DNA of 64,000 nucleotides, taken from contig NC_045696.1 of assembly GCF_009834535.1 (NCBI RefSeq), positions 117,120,001 through 117,184,000 of the forward strand. The letters run 5' to 3'. The notes under the pieces were generated by a model. That model saw only the letters and a list, made by a program, of their open reading frames with translations, was not told the origin of the DNA and did no database searches. This DNA comes from Camelus ferus. Lineage: Eukaryota. A program made the translations under genes and the position numbers. This document shows positions 49,845-62,130 of the stretch, one piece after another (within the stretch, counting starts at the first letter, position 1; the number at the start of each line of letters is the position of its first letter).

Positions 49845-51075
49845 AGAACTTTTTTTTCCCCTCACACCCCTTTACTCTGAAAAATTATTGAGATTTCCCA
49901 AAGATCTCTGGTTTATGTGGGCATAATGTATATATTATTTAGCATATAGGAGATTAAAACTGAAAAAAAATTATAAATGTCTATATATTAATTGATTTAA
50001 AATAACAATAATAAACTTACATATTGATAAAAGTAATATATTATAAAAATAATTGTATTTTCTAGAGGGCTGTTGGATTCTCATACTTGCTTCTATATTC
50101 AATCTTTGGTTGACATATATATGAAGAGAGTCCTGACCCCCACAGAAATGTGGCTGAAGGGGGGGAGAAGTATTTTAATGGACTTTTCATGTAATTGCAG
50201 CTAGTTTCCTTTGATATTACCTGATATTCAACAAGTTGTAGTTTTTTAAAGGTTAGCTGCAATCTGGAATCAGAACTCAATGTTTTGTATTCCATTGAGT
50301 TAAAATTCAATGGTTTATCTTGTTTTATATGGATCTTTTACTCATTCGTGTTTATGTAAAGTCATGTGTTGACAAATATTGTTTTCCAAAGCTATGCAGA
50401 TCGTCCAATCTTAGACACATTTCGTTATAGAATACCAAAAAAAAAAAATCATAGTTATTAACATCATCATTTGTCTCATCAGAAAAGTCTCTTAGTCTTG
50501 GGGAGCTGTCAAGTCACTGTTGTTTGAAAACTTGAATTTTTTGATTGGCTCCAAGTACTGTCTCTTGTTTTCCTTGAAGCCACCGATTCCCTTCATTTAT
50601 TTTCAAGAATATATCTGCCAGAGATACAACTTTGAACACCCACAGTTTGTCCATCATTCTCTGAGGAAAAAAAATGGTGGTCCTTGAATAAAAATGGCTA
50701 GTGCAGCTCACAATCACACAAGTGCTTTTTTTTAGTGACAGTTGTCATATGCAGCAGAAGGGCTTTAATGTTCTTGCCATTTCATCACAGAATATTAAAA
50801 AGACCTGTACTCAGGGGTTGAGATGTAATGAAATTAACATTTTTACTACTTCACCAAGGACTTTCTTAAATGAAACTGGGTTTTTTTTTTTTTTTTTCCT
50901 GCAACTTGAAGTTGGTAAAGAATACAATTACTATCAGTACCGATTTTTTTTCATGGCCTTAATTTGTGCTAAAGCATCATTGCTTTTGCACAATTAATGC
51001 CAGTATCAGCACAGTGATAAGGCTTATAGTACCTTAGTATTACTATGAAAATAATTTTGGCCCCACATCCTCCGG
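49845..51075 (-). mobile_element. Charlie1 hAT DNA transposon with transposase remnant
   Basis: ORF 50514-50717 (LADIFLKINEGNRWLQGKQETVLGANQKIQVFKQ) matches the hAT LADIF..N.L...LQGK block; Charlie1-like subterminal sequence. Confidence 0.85.
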
Positions 51076-51689
51076 AAAAGGTGAGAGTAATTCTTGTTAT
51101 TATGTTATTATTATGATGATTATTAAAATTATTGTTCCTCACTCTTTCAAACAAATAAAAATGGGAAATTAAGAAAACAATTTTCTCCCTTTCCCCCATT
51201 GAATGAACGGGGGATAGGAATGGATTAAAAGAGCTATTTTTGGCCCCCTCTCCCAGCAATATTTACCATTTAATTCTACTTACTAATATTGAAAAACAAA
51301 AATAAACTTCTGAACCGATGGCACAAAGACTCCATAAAAACAAATGTTTGGGGATTCAAAGAGAAGCAGGAGAGAAAGTAAATGTACATTTACTTTAAAA
51401 AATGATTATTTATGTGTTTAAAGTACCAATTAGTTTGGTACAGAGCATCTCGTGTCTGTTTTATTTCCATATCCTTCAGACTGACAATGGGATGCCTAGC
51501 AATTAATTCATTTAGAGAGCCATACACCACAAGAAATAAATTATTTGTCCTCTGGAGCTTGTCACAAGGGGATTAAAAAAAAACATTAAACAGAAAGAGG
51601 GAAAGGCCAGTTCCTCCTCCTCAGCTGACAGTTTCTTAGTGAAAATGATATGTACAGTGTATGTGTTTTACATGTTATAAAGCCCATTC

Positions 51690-51820
51690 ATTTACAAGTT
51701 AGCATCTTTGAACTTCAGTTTTCTTACACATGAAATTAGATTAGTAGCAACACCTTGTATTTAATAAGACAAGGCATATGATATGTTTAGCACTTTGCCT
51801 GGCACCTAGTAGGTTCTCAG
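51690..51820 (+). mobile_element. MIR SINE
   Basis: tttgaacttcagttttcttacacatgaaat...ttagcactttgcctggcacctagtaggttctca. Confidence 0.75.
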
Positions 51821-52124
51821 CCACAGGTCATGGTGGTTGAAATAGTTGTAGAATTACTAGAAAAAGTAGCAAATGCAGCAGCTGGTGTTTTAGGAATTAG
51901 TAACTGAGGTCTGGCAAAGTAAAGGGACTCTTTCAGGGTCGGCCAGAAAAGCAAGGTGCAGTTGGTCTTCAGATCCAGGCTGTTTTCACCCCATGACCCA
52001 AATCCTCCCTTCCTCCCTATAGCTTACTTCTGGGGCTCTCCAGAAAGTGTTCTCAGCTCTCCTATTGGCTTGATCTCCCAACATCCGAGGGTGGGCTTGT
52101 CTCAAACAATCTACATTCCACGTA

Positions 52125-52308
52125 CAGTCAACCCTCAGTGTTGAGGTATTGGTTCCAAGACCACTCTTAGATACCAAAACCTGGGGATACCATAACCGCG
52201 ATGCTCAAGTCTTTTATAAAATGGCGATTGAATTCCATCTGCGGTTGGTTGAACCCAAGGATGCGGAACCCGCAGATACGGAACCCTGCAGATATGGAAG
52301 GCCGACTC
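52125..52308. mobile_element. Tigger-derived MITE (MER8/MER2-like)
   Basis: TA|cagtcaaccctc...gaaggccgactc|TA; ggttggttgaacccaaggatgcggaaccc. Confidence 0.8.
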
Positions 52309-52409
52309 TATTTCCAGTCTTGGCCTCTCATACCAGTACATTAGCTCAGTATTTCCAGAGCCCTAACAGAAATGGTGCATTTGCTCATAAACATGGGGTA
52401 GCGAAGTGC

Positions 52410-52650
52410 TAACAGCCTGAACTTTGGAGTGAGTAAACTTAAGTCAGAATCCAGCTTTCTGCTTGCTAAAAACATGATAGTGAACAAATGGAATCATCAC
52501 TTCCTTATGTGTAAAAACAAAAGTGAGTTACTAATACTTGCCTGATGGAATGGTGGTGAAGATTGTTAATGAGGTAGCATCTGGAAACAGCTCAGCACAG
52601 GCACACAGAGCCAGGCACGGAGTGAATGGTAAATAAATGAGTATTTGATG
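52410..52650 (+). mobile_element. MIR SINE
   Basis: actttggagtgag...aatccagctttctgcttgcta...cttatgtgtaaaa...ggtggtgaagatt. Confidence 0.65.
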
Positions 52651-52829
52651 ATTAACTCTTATGGAAAACATTTGCTCTTCTGGGTCCTGATTTTCAGTCT
52701 CCTAGACTAAATAGCTTCAGTATTTCCCTCCCTCTTCAGTTCCCAGACACATCACAGAATTATAAGAATATTAAAAACTCAGGACTATACCTGAGATTTT
52801 TTCATAACCCTCTTTCTGCTTTGCGCTCC

Positions 52830-53110
52830 TAAAGCTATTTTATAGAAAAGTGACCTTATTTTTAAATAGAGGGGGCAATTGAAAATCAGTGAACGGGCCT
52901 ACCCCCTAATGATTTTTTTCTCAGACATAATTATAATAATTAGCATTATAAAGTGCTAATTATCTTTGGACACAGAGGACCTGCACACCAGGGACAGAGG
53001 TCCGCATTAAGTAAAGTGGATTTCACTTTCTTCAGTTAGGAGATTTCTCTATTTTCCTCTTTGTAATGATGCAAAAGAGTTCATCCACGAAGCCTCATTT
53101 AAAAACTTTT
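52830..53110. promoter_or_regulatory. conserved-looking homeodomain-site enhancer
   Basis: TAATTA at 52928, 52937 and 52957; palindrome ataattagca-N8-tgctaattat; unique sequence. Confidence 0.5.
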
Positions 53111-54094
53111 TCCAGTTAAGGAAACTGTCTGTTGGCCATCTACTGCCAGTCTCCATATTGAACCTGTGTAGATACAAAGAAATTGTTCCAAACACATCCC
53201 TTTTTGTTCGGTGATTGTTCTGTAATTTGTCGGCCAGTACCTGAAACCAGGGAAGACCCCAAAATGGTAAAGATCATGACTTTCTTGTTTGGATGGCAGA
53301 TCACTCTGATTAGCATATGGATAGCACCATCCTACGCCACCAGGGTCTTGGAAACTCTGGTGGGGTGATTGTTGCATGTGTTAAGGTGTATAAAAGAAAA
53401 AACCAATATGTGGTAAGTAGGCTTAAGGAATCATATGTCCCAACCATTTAATGTTACAGAGAAGAAACTGAAATACAGGACTATGTGATAGGAGAAGCAG
53501 AATTGAAAACTGGAGCTGCAAGGATGCTTTCCATAGAATTTTTATCACACTGCATTGGACTTTAGGGCAGAGTACTTTTATTAAGTCAAGTCAAGGTCAT
53601 TTATCAAAGAGTTAGACTAAGGAATGAGGCATTGGTGTCAGCCTGGGAAAAGCATAACTCTAGGCTTTCCTTTATCATCAGTTGTCAGCAACAAAATAAT
53701 TGTTAATAGTGTCTCATCCTTAGCTCACTGACACAGAGACACTGGATAGTGAAGCAGAGTTTAGAGCTGAATATATGTCATATAGAGCTGTAAAGAGCCA
53801 TGGATATTTTCTGAGAGCCCCAGGCACCTACATCCTTAGTTTAAACTTGCTCCCTGTGCAAGACAGACACCTGCCTCCAGCTTCAGCCTAGGAAAACCCT
53901 GTGGGCTATCCTTACGTGGGGTCAGTCTCATCTGCAGACAGCTCCATTCAATTGGAAGTCCTCACTTGGATGAGGTCTAAATCTATCGCCCCAAAATGAC
54001 CATTCACTGGATCTGTTCTGAACACTGAAACACAAATCATTAAAACAAAACAAGAAAACTTTCAATTATTTTAAAATGCCAGTTTTCTTTAAGC

Positions 54095-54278
54095 CAGTGT
54101 TTCTCAAATTCAGCTATATCAGAATTCCGTGGAACATTTATTAAAACACCTATTGCTGGCTCCCAGCCCCTAAGCATCGGATTAATAGGTCTGGGTGGTA
54201 CCTGAGAATTGCAATCCTAACACGTTCCCAGGTGATGCCCATCATGCTGGTCTGAGGACCACACTTTGAGATCTGCAG
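54095..54278. mobile_element. MER5A/B hAT-Charlie MITE
   Basis: cagtgtttctcaaa...aggtctgggtgg...ttcccaggtgatgc...ggaccacactttgaga. Confidence 0.88.
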
Positions 54279-55392
54279 CTCCAAGCCCATCAGTCCTCTC
54301 TGTTACACATTTTGAGGCACACATTCTTAATCTGATACCATTTCATTTGTCTTTTTTTGAATGCTTTAGAAATTTGACTGTTACCTTTCTTTATACTTTG
54401 TTCAAGCTTTCCTTAGTGGGCATGCATGACTTTTCTACTAGAGGAGGAAAAAAAGTGCATTAAAAAAATAAGGCTAGAAAAAGTGTAATTATCAATAGAA
54501 AGCAAGATGGCTAAAAATCTATCTCATTATTATGTTTTCATAGCCCTTATGAAATAGGTTTTATTTGAACTTGCATTTTCTAAGTAAATTATTTCTATTT
54601 CCATCAGTGAACATCACCATATTGGGGAAAAATACACCTTTTTTGGCTTTACCTTTATTTTCATACTCTGGGGATTATAGCCACATGAGAGGGTCTACAT
54701 TTGTAAACAGAAGATCTGCTTTCGAAATGCAGACCCCTGGATTTCATGGGCACTGTGATGTATTTTGACTGTGTGTCTTTAGAGTAACTTTTCAGTTTCC
54801 TCGTTTTCAAATAGCAACAAAAGAGTAACGGTTTCTCTTTACACTATGTACGGAAGTGAGGGAAAACCCTGTAACACTTGTGTATCTAGAAAGGCTTTGC
54901 AGATTTTGTCATTATCACTATTGTTTACTCACGTGGTTGCTGCTTTCAGTTTTTCATCTGGAATTCCATTTTGTGAGAAGGAAACTAATGTAAGTTCGTT
55001 TGCTTTAGAAGTGCCTTCAGGCACGAACCTTCCACTGCTCGGACACATTGTTTTCACTGTCACCTAACTGGAGAGAACCTCCAGTTCAACCAAGTTAATG
55101 ACTGTGCACTGTCTCCAGGGAAGACCAAGCCTGTAGTCCATATGCAGAAGTGGTCTGTGTCTCTCAGCCCCTCTGATCAGACAGCTGTGGTCATGAGACT
55201 TCAAGTTCCCCTTGGAGGGTGCAGACAGTGCCTGGGATTCCACCCAAGTTTTAAATGCATGCTCTTTGTTAAGGAAGAATAACAATGGTTTGATACAATC
55301 TCTTCTCCATGACTTGGGGGAAGATAGCCCCAAAGTTTAGGAATGAGACTCCCTGGTGAAGCTCCAATTCAGTAAATCGGAGGGTGAGTTTT

Positions 55393-55541
55393 TTAAAAAC
55401 ATTTTTTATTGAAGTGTAATTGATTTACAGTGTTAATTTCAGGTGTACAGCAAAGTGATTCAGTTATACACATACATACATATATGTTTGCACATTTTTT
55501 CCACTATATGTTATCAGAAGAAATTGAATATAGTTCCCCTT
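55393..55541 (-). mobile_element. short L1 3' end
   Basis: ttttttattgaagtgtaattgatttaca...; TSD gagggtgagtttt (55380-55392) / gaggatgagtttt (55542-55554). Confidence 0.88.
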
Positions 55542-56502
55542 GAGGATGAGTTTTAATGGATACATTTTGGGCAACAGGGCTCAGGTATTCTGTATTCTAA
55601 ACACTATACAGACTTCTACCAACTATTGAAGAAAAATTCTCCCCAACTGTGGGAAGAAAATCGTTGAGTCAACAGAGTATTCCTTCCTAAGTGTGCTGGA
55701 GACATTTCTCACATAACTCTTCAAATAATGGTTCTGGAAAAGGTCTGCAACTTATTATTTAGACAATTCCTATGTATTATATATTATATATATGTGTATA
55801 ATAAGAGCAGTTATATTCTATATAACCACAATGCCACTAAATAGGCAATCAGAGGTGATACTTTGCCTTTACTATTTTAGGCAAAGATACACTCATCAGT
55901 TTACTCCTCAAGAGTTTCTAATCAGAGAAAATAGCTTGAATATATTCAAATTGCTCCTGTGCTTGGTTGAGCCCAGAAAAACTTACTGTGCGTAAAAGGG
56001 CACAAGTGAGAAGATTGGGGAGGTGCCATTTGTACATCTCTTTGTTCTGAGTGTGTGTGTAAATGAGTGTGTGTATGTGTGTGTTTGCAGTTTCCATGTG
56101 TTGTGAAAGGCTCGCTTGCTTTGCCTTTATTTTGCCTTAGAATACTTTTTTTCTTTGTGCTTTAACTTTATTTTTAATATGAATTTGAGTTCAAGAACAC
56201 GATAAGCTCACAAAAGGTAAAAAACAATTCATGAAGAAAGTGATGCAGAAATAAAAATGCATTTCCCCCCCAAAATGAGTCCTTTGCAACTATTCCCACC
56301 ACGTACCACCCACTACTTTCTACAGTCTTTCCTTCCTCCCGTATTGAACATCGTGAACTTTCAATCCATTACGTTTTAAGTACAAGCTCAACTTACTAAC
56401 CTTTAAGTTACTCTTTGTTTCTTATACAAGCTTGCTTTCATTGTTCAGATGGTATATTTTTCAAATTGTTTTTGTTTGTATATTTTGATATGTTTTTAAA
56501 TT

Positions 56503-56536
<34 letters not shown>

Positions 56537-56540
56537 TATA
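56503..56540. repeat. (TA)n microsatellite
   Basis: direct. Confidence 0.9.
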
Positions 56541-56725
56541 AATAGATATATTTGGGGTATAATGGGTTGGAATGGAACATGCCATCATTTCTTCCAATTA
56601 AAATTGAAAGAAATCTTTTTTTTTTTTTTTAAATTTAACAACTTTTCCCTTAGGGATAAAGTTTTCAGGAATGTATAAAAGTCATTAAGTGAGGTGTATG
56701 TATATATTTATTTATTTATATATGT

Positions 56726-56972
56726 GTTTAATTGAAGTAGAATTGATTTACAATATTGTGTTAGGATCAAATGTCCAGCAAAGTGATTCAGTTATCCATA
56801 TCCATATATATGTATCTATATTCTTTTTTCGATTCCTTTCCATTAGAGTTTATTACAAGATATTGAATATAGTTCCCTGTGCTTATACAGTAAACCCTTG
56901 TTGTTTATCTCTTTTATATGTGGTAGTGTGCATCTGTTAATCTCATACTTCCAATTTGCCACCCCACCCCAG
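56726..56972 (-). mobile_element. L1 3' end
   Basis: tttaattgaagtagaattgatttacaatattgtg...cagcaaagtgattcagttat...ttacaagatattgaatatagttccctgtgc. Confidence 0.88.
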
Positions 56973-57777
56973 CCATATGCATATATTTAAAATGCACAGC
57001 AAAGAGGTCACAATTTACCCAGGCAGAGGGATAGAACTTTGGACCTCCTCTGCCTGATTCCTGGGATGAATCATTTCTTCAGCCCTTGATATCTTGTTGG
57101 AGTCCCTCCTCACTTTCCAGGCTGCAGGTCAAATATTTCCACCTGAATGATGCTCAGCTCTGTAAAAGGGAGGCTGGCTGGATCAGCTGCTGTCTCAGAC
57201 AGTCTGCAAATGTATTTTCAGCATGTCTTCAGACAGTTATTTTCCCTCTGTTCAATTTTGCTCATCTTCTTACTTAACTTTTCAAGTGCTACTATTTCCT
57301 TTTTAAATGTGGTATTGCGAAGTGCAAACATTATTGGAAGAGAGAGTTTTACTAGCATAATTGTGCATTATCTTCCTTTTATATTGCAGATGGAAAACAT
57401 TAAACCTGGAGGGAATAGGAATCTGCTCGATCAGATATTGATAGTACAATTTCCTTTAAAAATACTTACCTGTGGAGAAGAAAAATACTGTTTTTTTTTT
57501 TTTTAAAGATGGCATCTTTCCATCATTTTAAAAAAAGAGCCAAATGACATACAGAATTAAAATTCTATCTTCTGGGAGCCAGGCTTCCTTGCTGGTACTA
57601 CCTTTCCTTTTGCAATTTGATGTTTTAGTTAGGAATTTGAGTGGCATGGGAGGAGGGCATACTCCTATCAGTGGTACATCATAATCTGGCGATTAGAGGA
57701 GTACTTGGAAAGAACACTGTGCTCTGTCCCATGGCTTAGATTAAGTTCTGGTCACAATAATTACTTACCGGAAGAAT

Positions 57778-58305
57778 TTAACAGCTTTATCAAAGCATAA
57801 TTGGCAAACAGTAAACTGCACATATTTAAAGTATTCAATTTTATAACTTTGATCTATTTATTAAAAAAACTCCATGAAATCATTGCCAAAATCAAAATAG
57901 CGAACACATCCATCAGCCTGAAGAGTTTCTCCACCTCTGACCCTGGTCTCAGACAGCCACTGATCTTTCTATCACTATAGATTTCATTTTTCTGGAGTTT
58001 TATAGAGATGGAATCATATAGTATACACCCTTCACTATCTAGCTCCTTCCATTCTGTGTGATTGTTTTAGATTCATCCAGGTTGTTGTATATATCAAGAG
58101 TCCATTGCTATTTTTTTATTGAAGTATAGTCAGTTTACAATGCTGTGTCAGTTTCTGGTCCATTGCTTTTTATCGCTGATTAGTCCTTGTGTGGACATAA
58201 GCTTTCATTCATTTTGGGTAAATAAATAGAAATGGAATTGCTGAACTGTTTGGTAAATGTCTATGTATTCTGAAATTGCCAAACTATCTTCTAAAGTGGT
58301 TTTAC
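57778..58305 (-). mobile_element. old L1MB/MC 3' end containing a 48-bp younger L1 tail
   Basis: cagctttatcaaagcataatt...gtaaactgcacatatttaaagt; inner insert 58110-58157 with TSD gtccattgct. Confidence 0.8.
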
Positions 58306-59339
58306 CTGAAAAAACAAACAAACAAACAAACAAAAACTGGATGAAATACCTTAAATAATGGTTGCTAAGATAATGGACAAAGTAGATAGATAATTTGATC
58401 CCTGTTACTCCATACTTGCCAGAAACAGAAGAATGGTAATTACTTTTAATTCAGAAAAGGTCTTTCAAGGAGGACATGAGGTTTCAATATCTTTTTCAAA
58501 GGCGTATGTGAGAGTTTAATTGAAGAGATAACATGAAGTGGTGTTAGCCAAACTGGAGTTTTACTCCACTGCCATGTTCTCAATGGTTCGTACGGAGATC
58601 TGAAATTTCAAACAACTGAATATTTTTGAAGTTTGATAAATGATCACTTTCATTTTAATGATAATTTCAGTTAACAATAATCTTCCAAAATATAAACCTT
58701 GCCAGTTAAAAAGGGAAATTTTTTTGTGTAATTTCCAATATAAAGTTATTTTGATAGACTAATACTTAATTTCCTGAGTCTTTTCTTTCCAACCGGAACG
58801 TTTGTTGAAGTTTTTGAAAAGTACGAACATTCAATATTCTCCCTTCTCTCTAAAAATATGATTCTTACAGAATAAAGATGTTTCGCAGACATGGAAGTAA
58901 GTAAGCATAATCTGGGGAGTTCAGAAGTTAAAAGGGGTGAAATGTAGGGAGTCAGGCTCATCATGGCTTTAGGGAGAAGTGTCTAGTGTGCAATCTCTGA
59001 TGAGAAATGAATAGACACAGGCTGGAGAAATGGCTCCTACTTAGTTCATCTTAGTGGAAGCTCCCCATGTGTGGAATGGAAGTGCTAAGGATCATCATAA
59101 AGATGCATGTTTGTTGCATGGTACTGACTCCTCATTTTCTTCCTTACCTCTTCCTAATCCCACCAAAAATCCCACCACCAAATTTCAGGTTATGCACATC
59201 GTTTCAGATAAGATTTCTCTTTGACTACTCCTAGAATTATTTGTCTAGCCCAAACCAGGCCCCTATCCCTGCCACTCACTCACACACACACTCTCTCACA
59301 CACACATATACACACAGCCTTCATCTTCAATCTTATCTC

Positions 59340-59600
59340 TGTAAAGGTGGTTATCGCTAATTCGGATTGCAACCACCAAAAATGAAATCTCCATCAACCC
59401 AATAGCTGTCTCAGAAATCCCTAAAATCATTGTTGTTCAAGGCTTGACATATCGTCTTCATTAGCCCGGCCGTGTGTCCATCATAAATCCCATCAAAGAG
59501 CTGACCATTTTCTCCACACTGTTTGGAAAGTCTAATTTGAATGTTAGCTAGCCCAGCAGTAATACAATTCGGATTGTTAACAGCAACCTCCAGACTCAGA
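59340..59600. promoter_or_regulatory. enhancer-like SOX/TCF/HOX motif cluster
   Basis: ACAAT-N4-ATTGT 59564-59577, CATTGT ~59428, CATCAAAG 59491, CATAAA 59482; unique sequence that retains CpGs. Confidence 0.45.
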
Positions 59601-60232
59601 GACAGTTCAGATGACCATTATGTGGAAAAACGAGACAGGGTGAAAAGCTGTTTCTTATTATGATGCTTAATTTACAAATTAAAAGCTCTTCAAACCCTCG
59701 TTCCAGAGCTGGCCCTATTTGGGGCAGCAGTGATGGGTAATAAATATTGTTCTAAATAATAAAATTGTTTTAAAATGTAGGATGGCAAAATAATTATACT
59801 TAAACTAACAACTTTGAAAAATTTCTTAAAATTTTTACAACAATGATGTGATAAAAAATATTGGGGGCAATATTAGCTTATAAATATGTGGATTAATATG
59901 ATACATACTTAACTTATTTTTAAGTTTTTCTTTAACTATTACTGCATGTAATTTATATCAAATCCATCTTTCTAGATTTCGAGAAAACATTTGCCTTTAA
60001 ACATGTAGAGAAGTATATTTATTGGAAATTGATACTTTTTTTTGGATATTGATACTATTAACTCTTTTTAAATATAAGTATATACATATGAATTAATATC
60101 ACATAGAATATCAAAGATTATGAATGACGATTCTTGCCTTGCTGGTCTGCAGAGGCTCAGAGTTATTATCTGAGGAGAATTCACTCATTAGACCAGTATT
60201 TTTCAAATTTCAGAGATGGATACTTTAGTTTT

Positions 60233-60798
60233 TATGGCAGACAGAACCAAAGGTGGCCCCTAAGTGCTCTCATCCTGACATTAACCCACTGGCAAAATCA
60301 CTTCCTTTTGAGTGTGCTCAGGACCTGTGATGTACTTCTGACCAATAGAATGTGTTAAAGGCAACAAGGCATATGTGATCACATGCTTGCGATCACATTA
60401 TATAAGATTGTAGTACTTGTTCTGCAAGGAGATTCTTTCTCTTGCTGACTTTAAAAAGCAAACTGCTATGTTGGGAGCTTCTCAAGCAAAAGGGCCACAT
60501 GGCAAGAAATTAAGGCAAAGAACAGAAAACAGCCAGGAAGAAACCAGGCCCTTAGTCCAATAGCCTGTGAGGAACTGAATGCTGCCAAAAACCAAATGGG
60601 TGAGGAAATGAATCCTTCCCCAGTTGAATCTCGGATGAGAGCACAGCCCTGGCTGAAGCCTTGATTGCAGCTTTGGAGAGGACAGAGATAAGACGTATAT
60701 TGATCTCTGACTCACAGAAACTATGAGAAATTTAAAGTGTGTTTTTAAGCTTCTAAACTTGCAGCAATATTGCTACACAGCAACAGATATTTAATACA
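60233..60798 (+). mobile_element. MaLR MLT1 (E/F-like) solo LTR
   Basis: tggcagacag...ttgagtgtg...caggacctgtga...accaatagaat...ggaactgaatgctgcc...tgctacacagcaacagatatttaataca. Confidence 0.88.
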
Positions 60799-62130
60799 AC
60801 ATGTGTTATAAAATAAATTTGGTAGATGGCAACCTACAATTTGAAAAAATGAAAGAGAATAGAGGGATGAATAGACTAGAATAGAGCAGAATGAAGAAAT
60901 TGTACATGTATTTCATTAAAATATTACCTTAATTACATCTATATACCATATACATTTATGTGCCTATATTTATCTGTCACCATGTAAATGTATTTCATAA
61001 TGTAGATTATGATTAACAAAATCGATGAACAACCTCTGGAAAAGACCCCTTCAAGTTTTAAACAAGTATCCATGAACACTTCACTGCCTGTGGCTTCTAC
61101 AGGAGTGTTCGAGCTACCGTGGGATGGTTGGACTACGGAGGACTGAGAACATCTCATCCCACTTAGAAGATTTTAGGTCTTGAAGGATTAATAGGAAGAT
61201 GATATCTGGGGTAATTATTCAATTACCTAGTGTTCAGTAGTCAATTCGTAAACACATGGAGACAGAACGAGGCAAGCATTTAAGTTCTATATTAGATCTA
61301 TTTTTTCCCCAAAGTGTAGTACTCATTTCACAGGTGGTACTGTATGCTTTTAGTTTGTACACAGAAAATTTAATTTTTTGAACATTTATGCATTTATCTT
61401 AATGAGTATTCAAAAAGTGCCAATGCTACGGCTGCAGTTGGGACCAATGTTAAGTAGTGCTTCTTATCAGTAGAGCATTACACGTTCTTTTGACGATATG
61501 TGAGTCAGGAAAACATCATGGATGGCGAATGTGCAAATGTTTGAAGTCAGGAAACTCGGCAACCCTTTTGCAGGCCAGACTTAGGTTTAACAAAAAATGG
61601 AAGCTCAGAGAGATTAAGAGGACTGTCTGTGCTCACTGTTACTCGTGACATCAAACAATGGAGAAAAGAAATGCACTGTTGCCTGTTTGCATAAATGGGA
61701 AACTCTCTTGAATTAGATACTTCATGCTGCAGGGAATGTGTATTGCTTCTGATGTGGGTAGAATAGGAGGAGGGATATGCGGTGTGAGTATGTGTGTCTC
61801 CTGGGGATTCCTGTGTCCGACATTGTGTTAGACACAGCCAACACAACAGCTAAAGTATGCTTCTTGCCCTTTCAGTTTACAAATTAAGAGGTGATCATAG
61901 TCATGTAACCCAATAATCAGTACATTTATAAAAGTACTGGTTATTAGAAGCCTCTTTTGAGGGTTACATAAAAGATACAGAAGAACGTTGGCTTTTACAC
62001 TGGAAGACGGGAGGGTTCAGATTCTAACATCACAATTTGCTGGTTGTATGATCTTGGATAATTAAACCTCTGTGAGCTTTATTTTCCTCATCTATTTAAC
62101 AGAGATTTGAGTCCTTTCTTCACTCAATTG

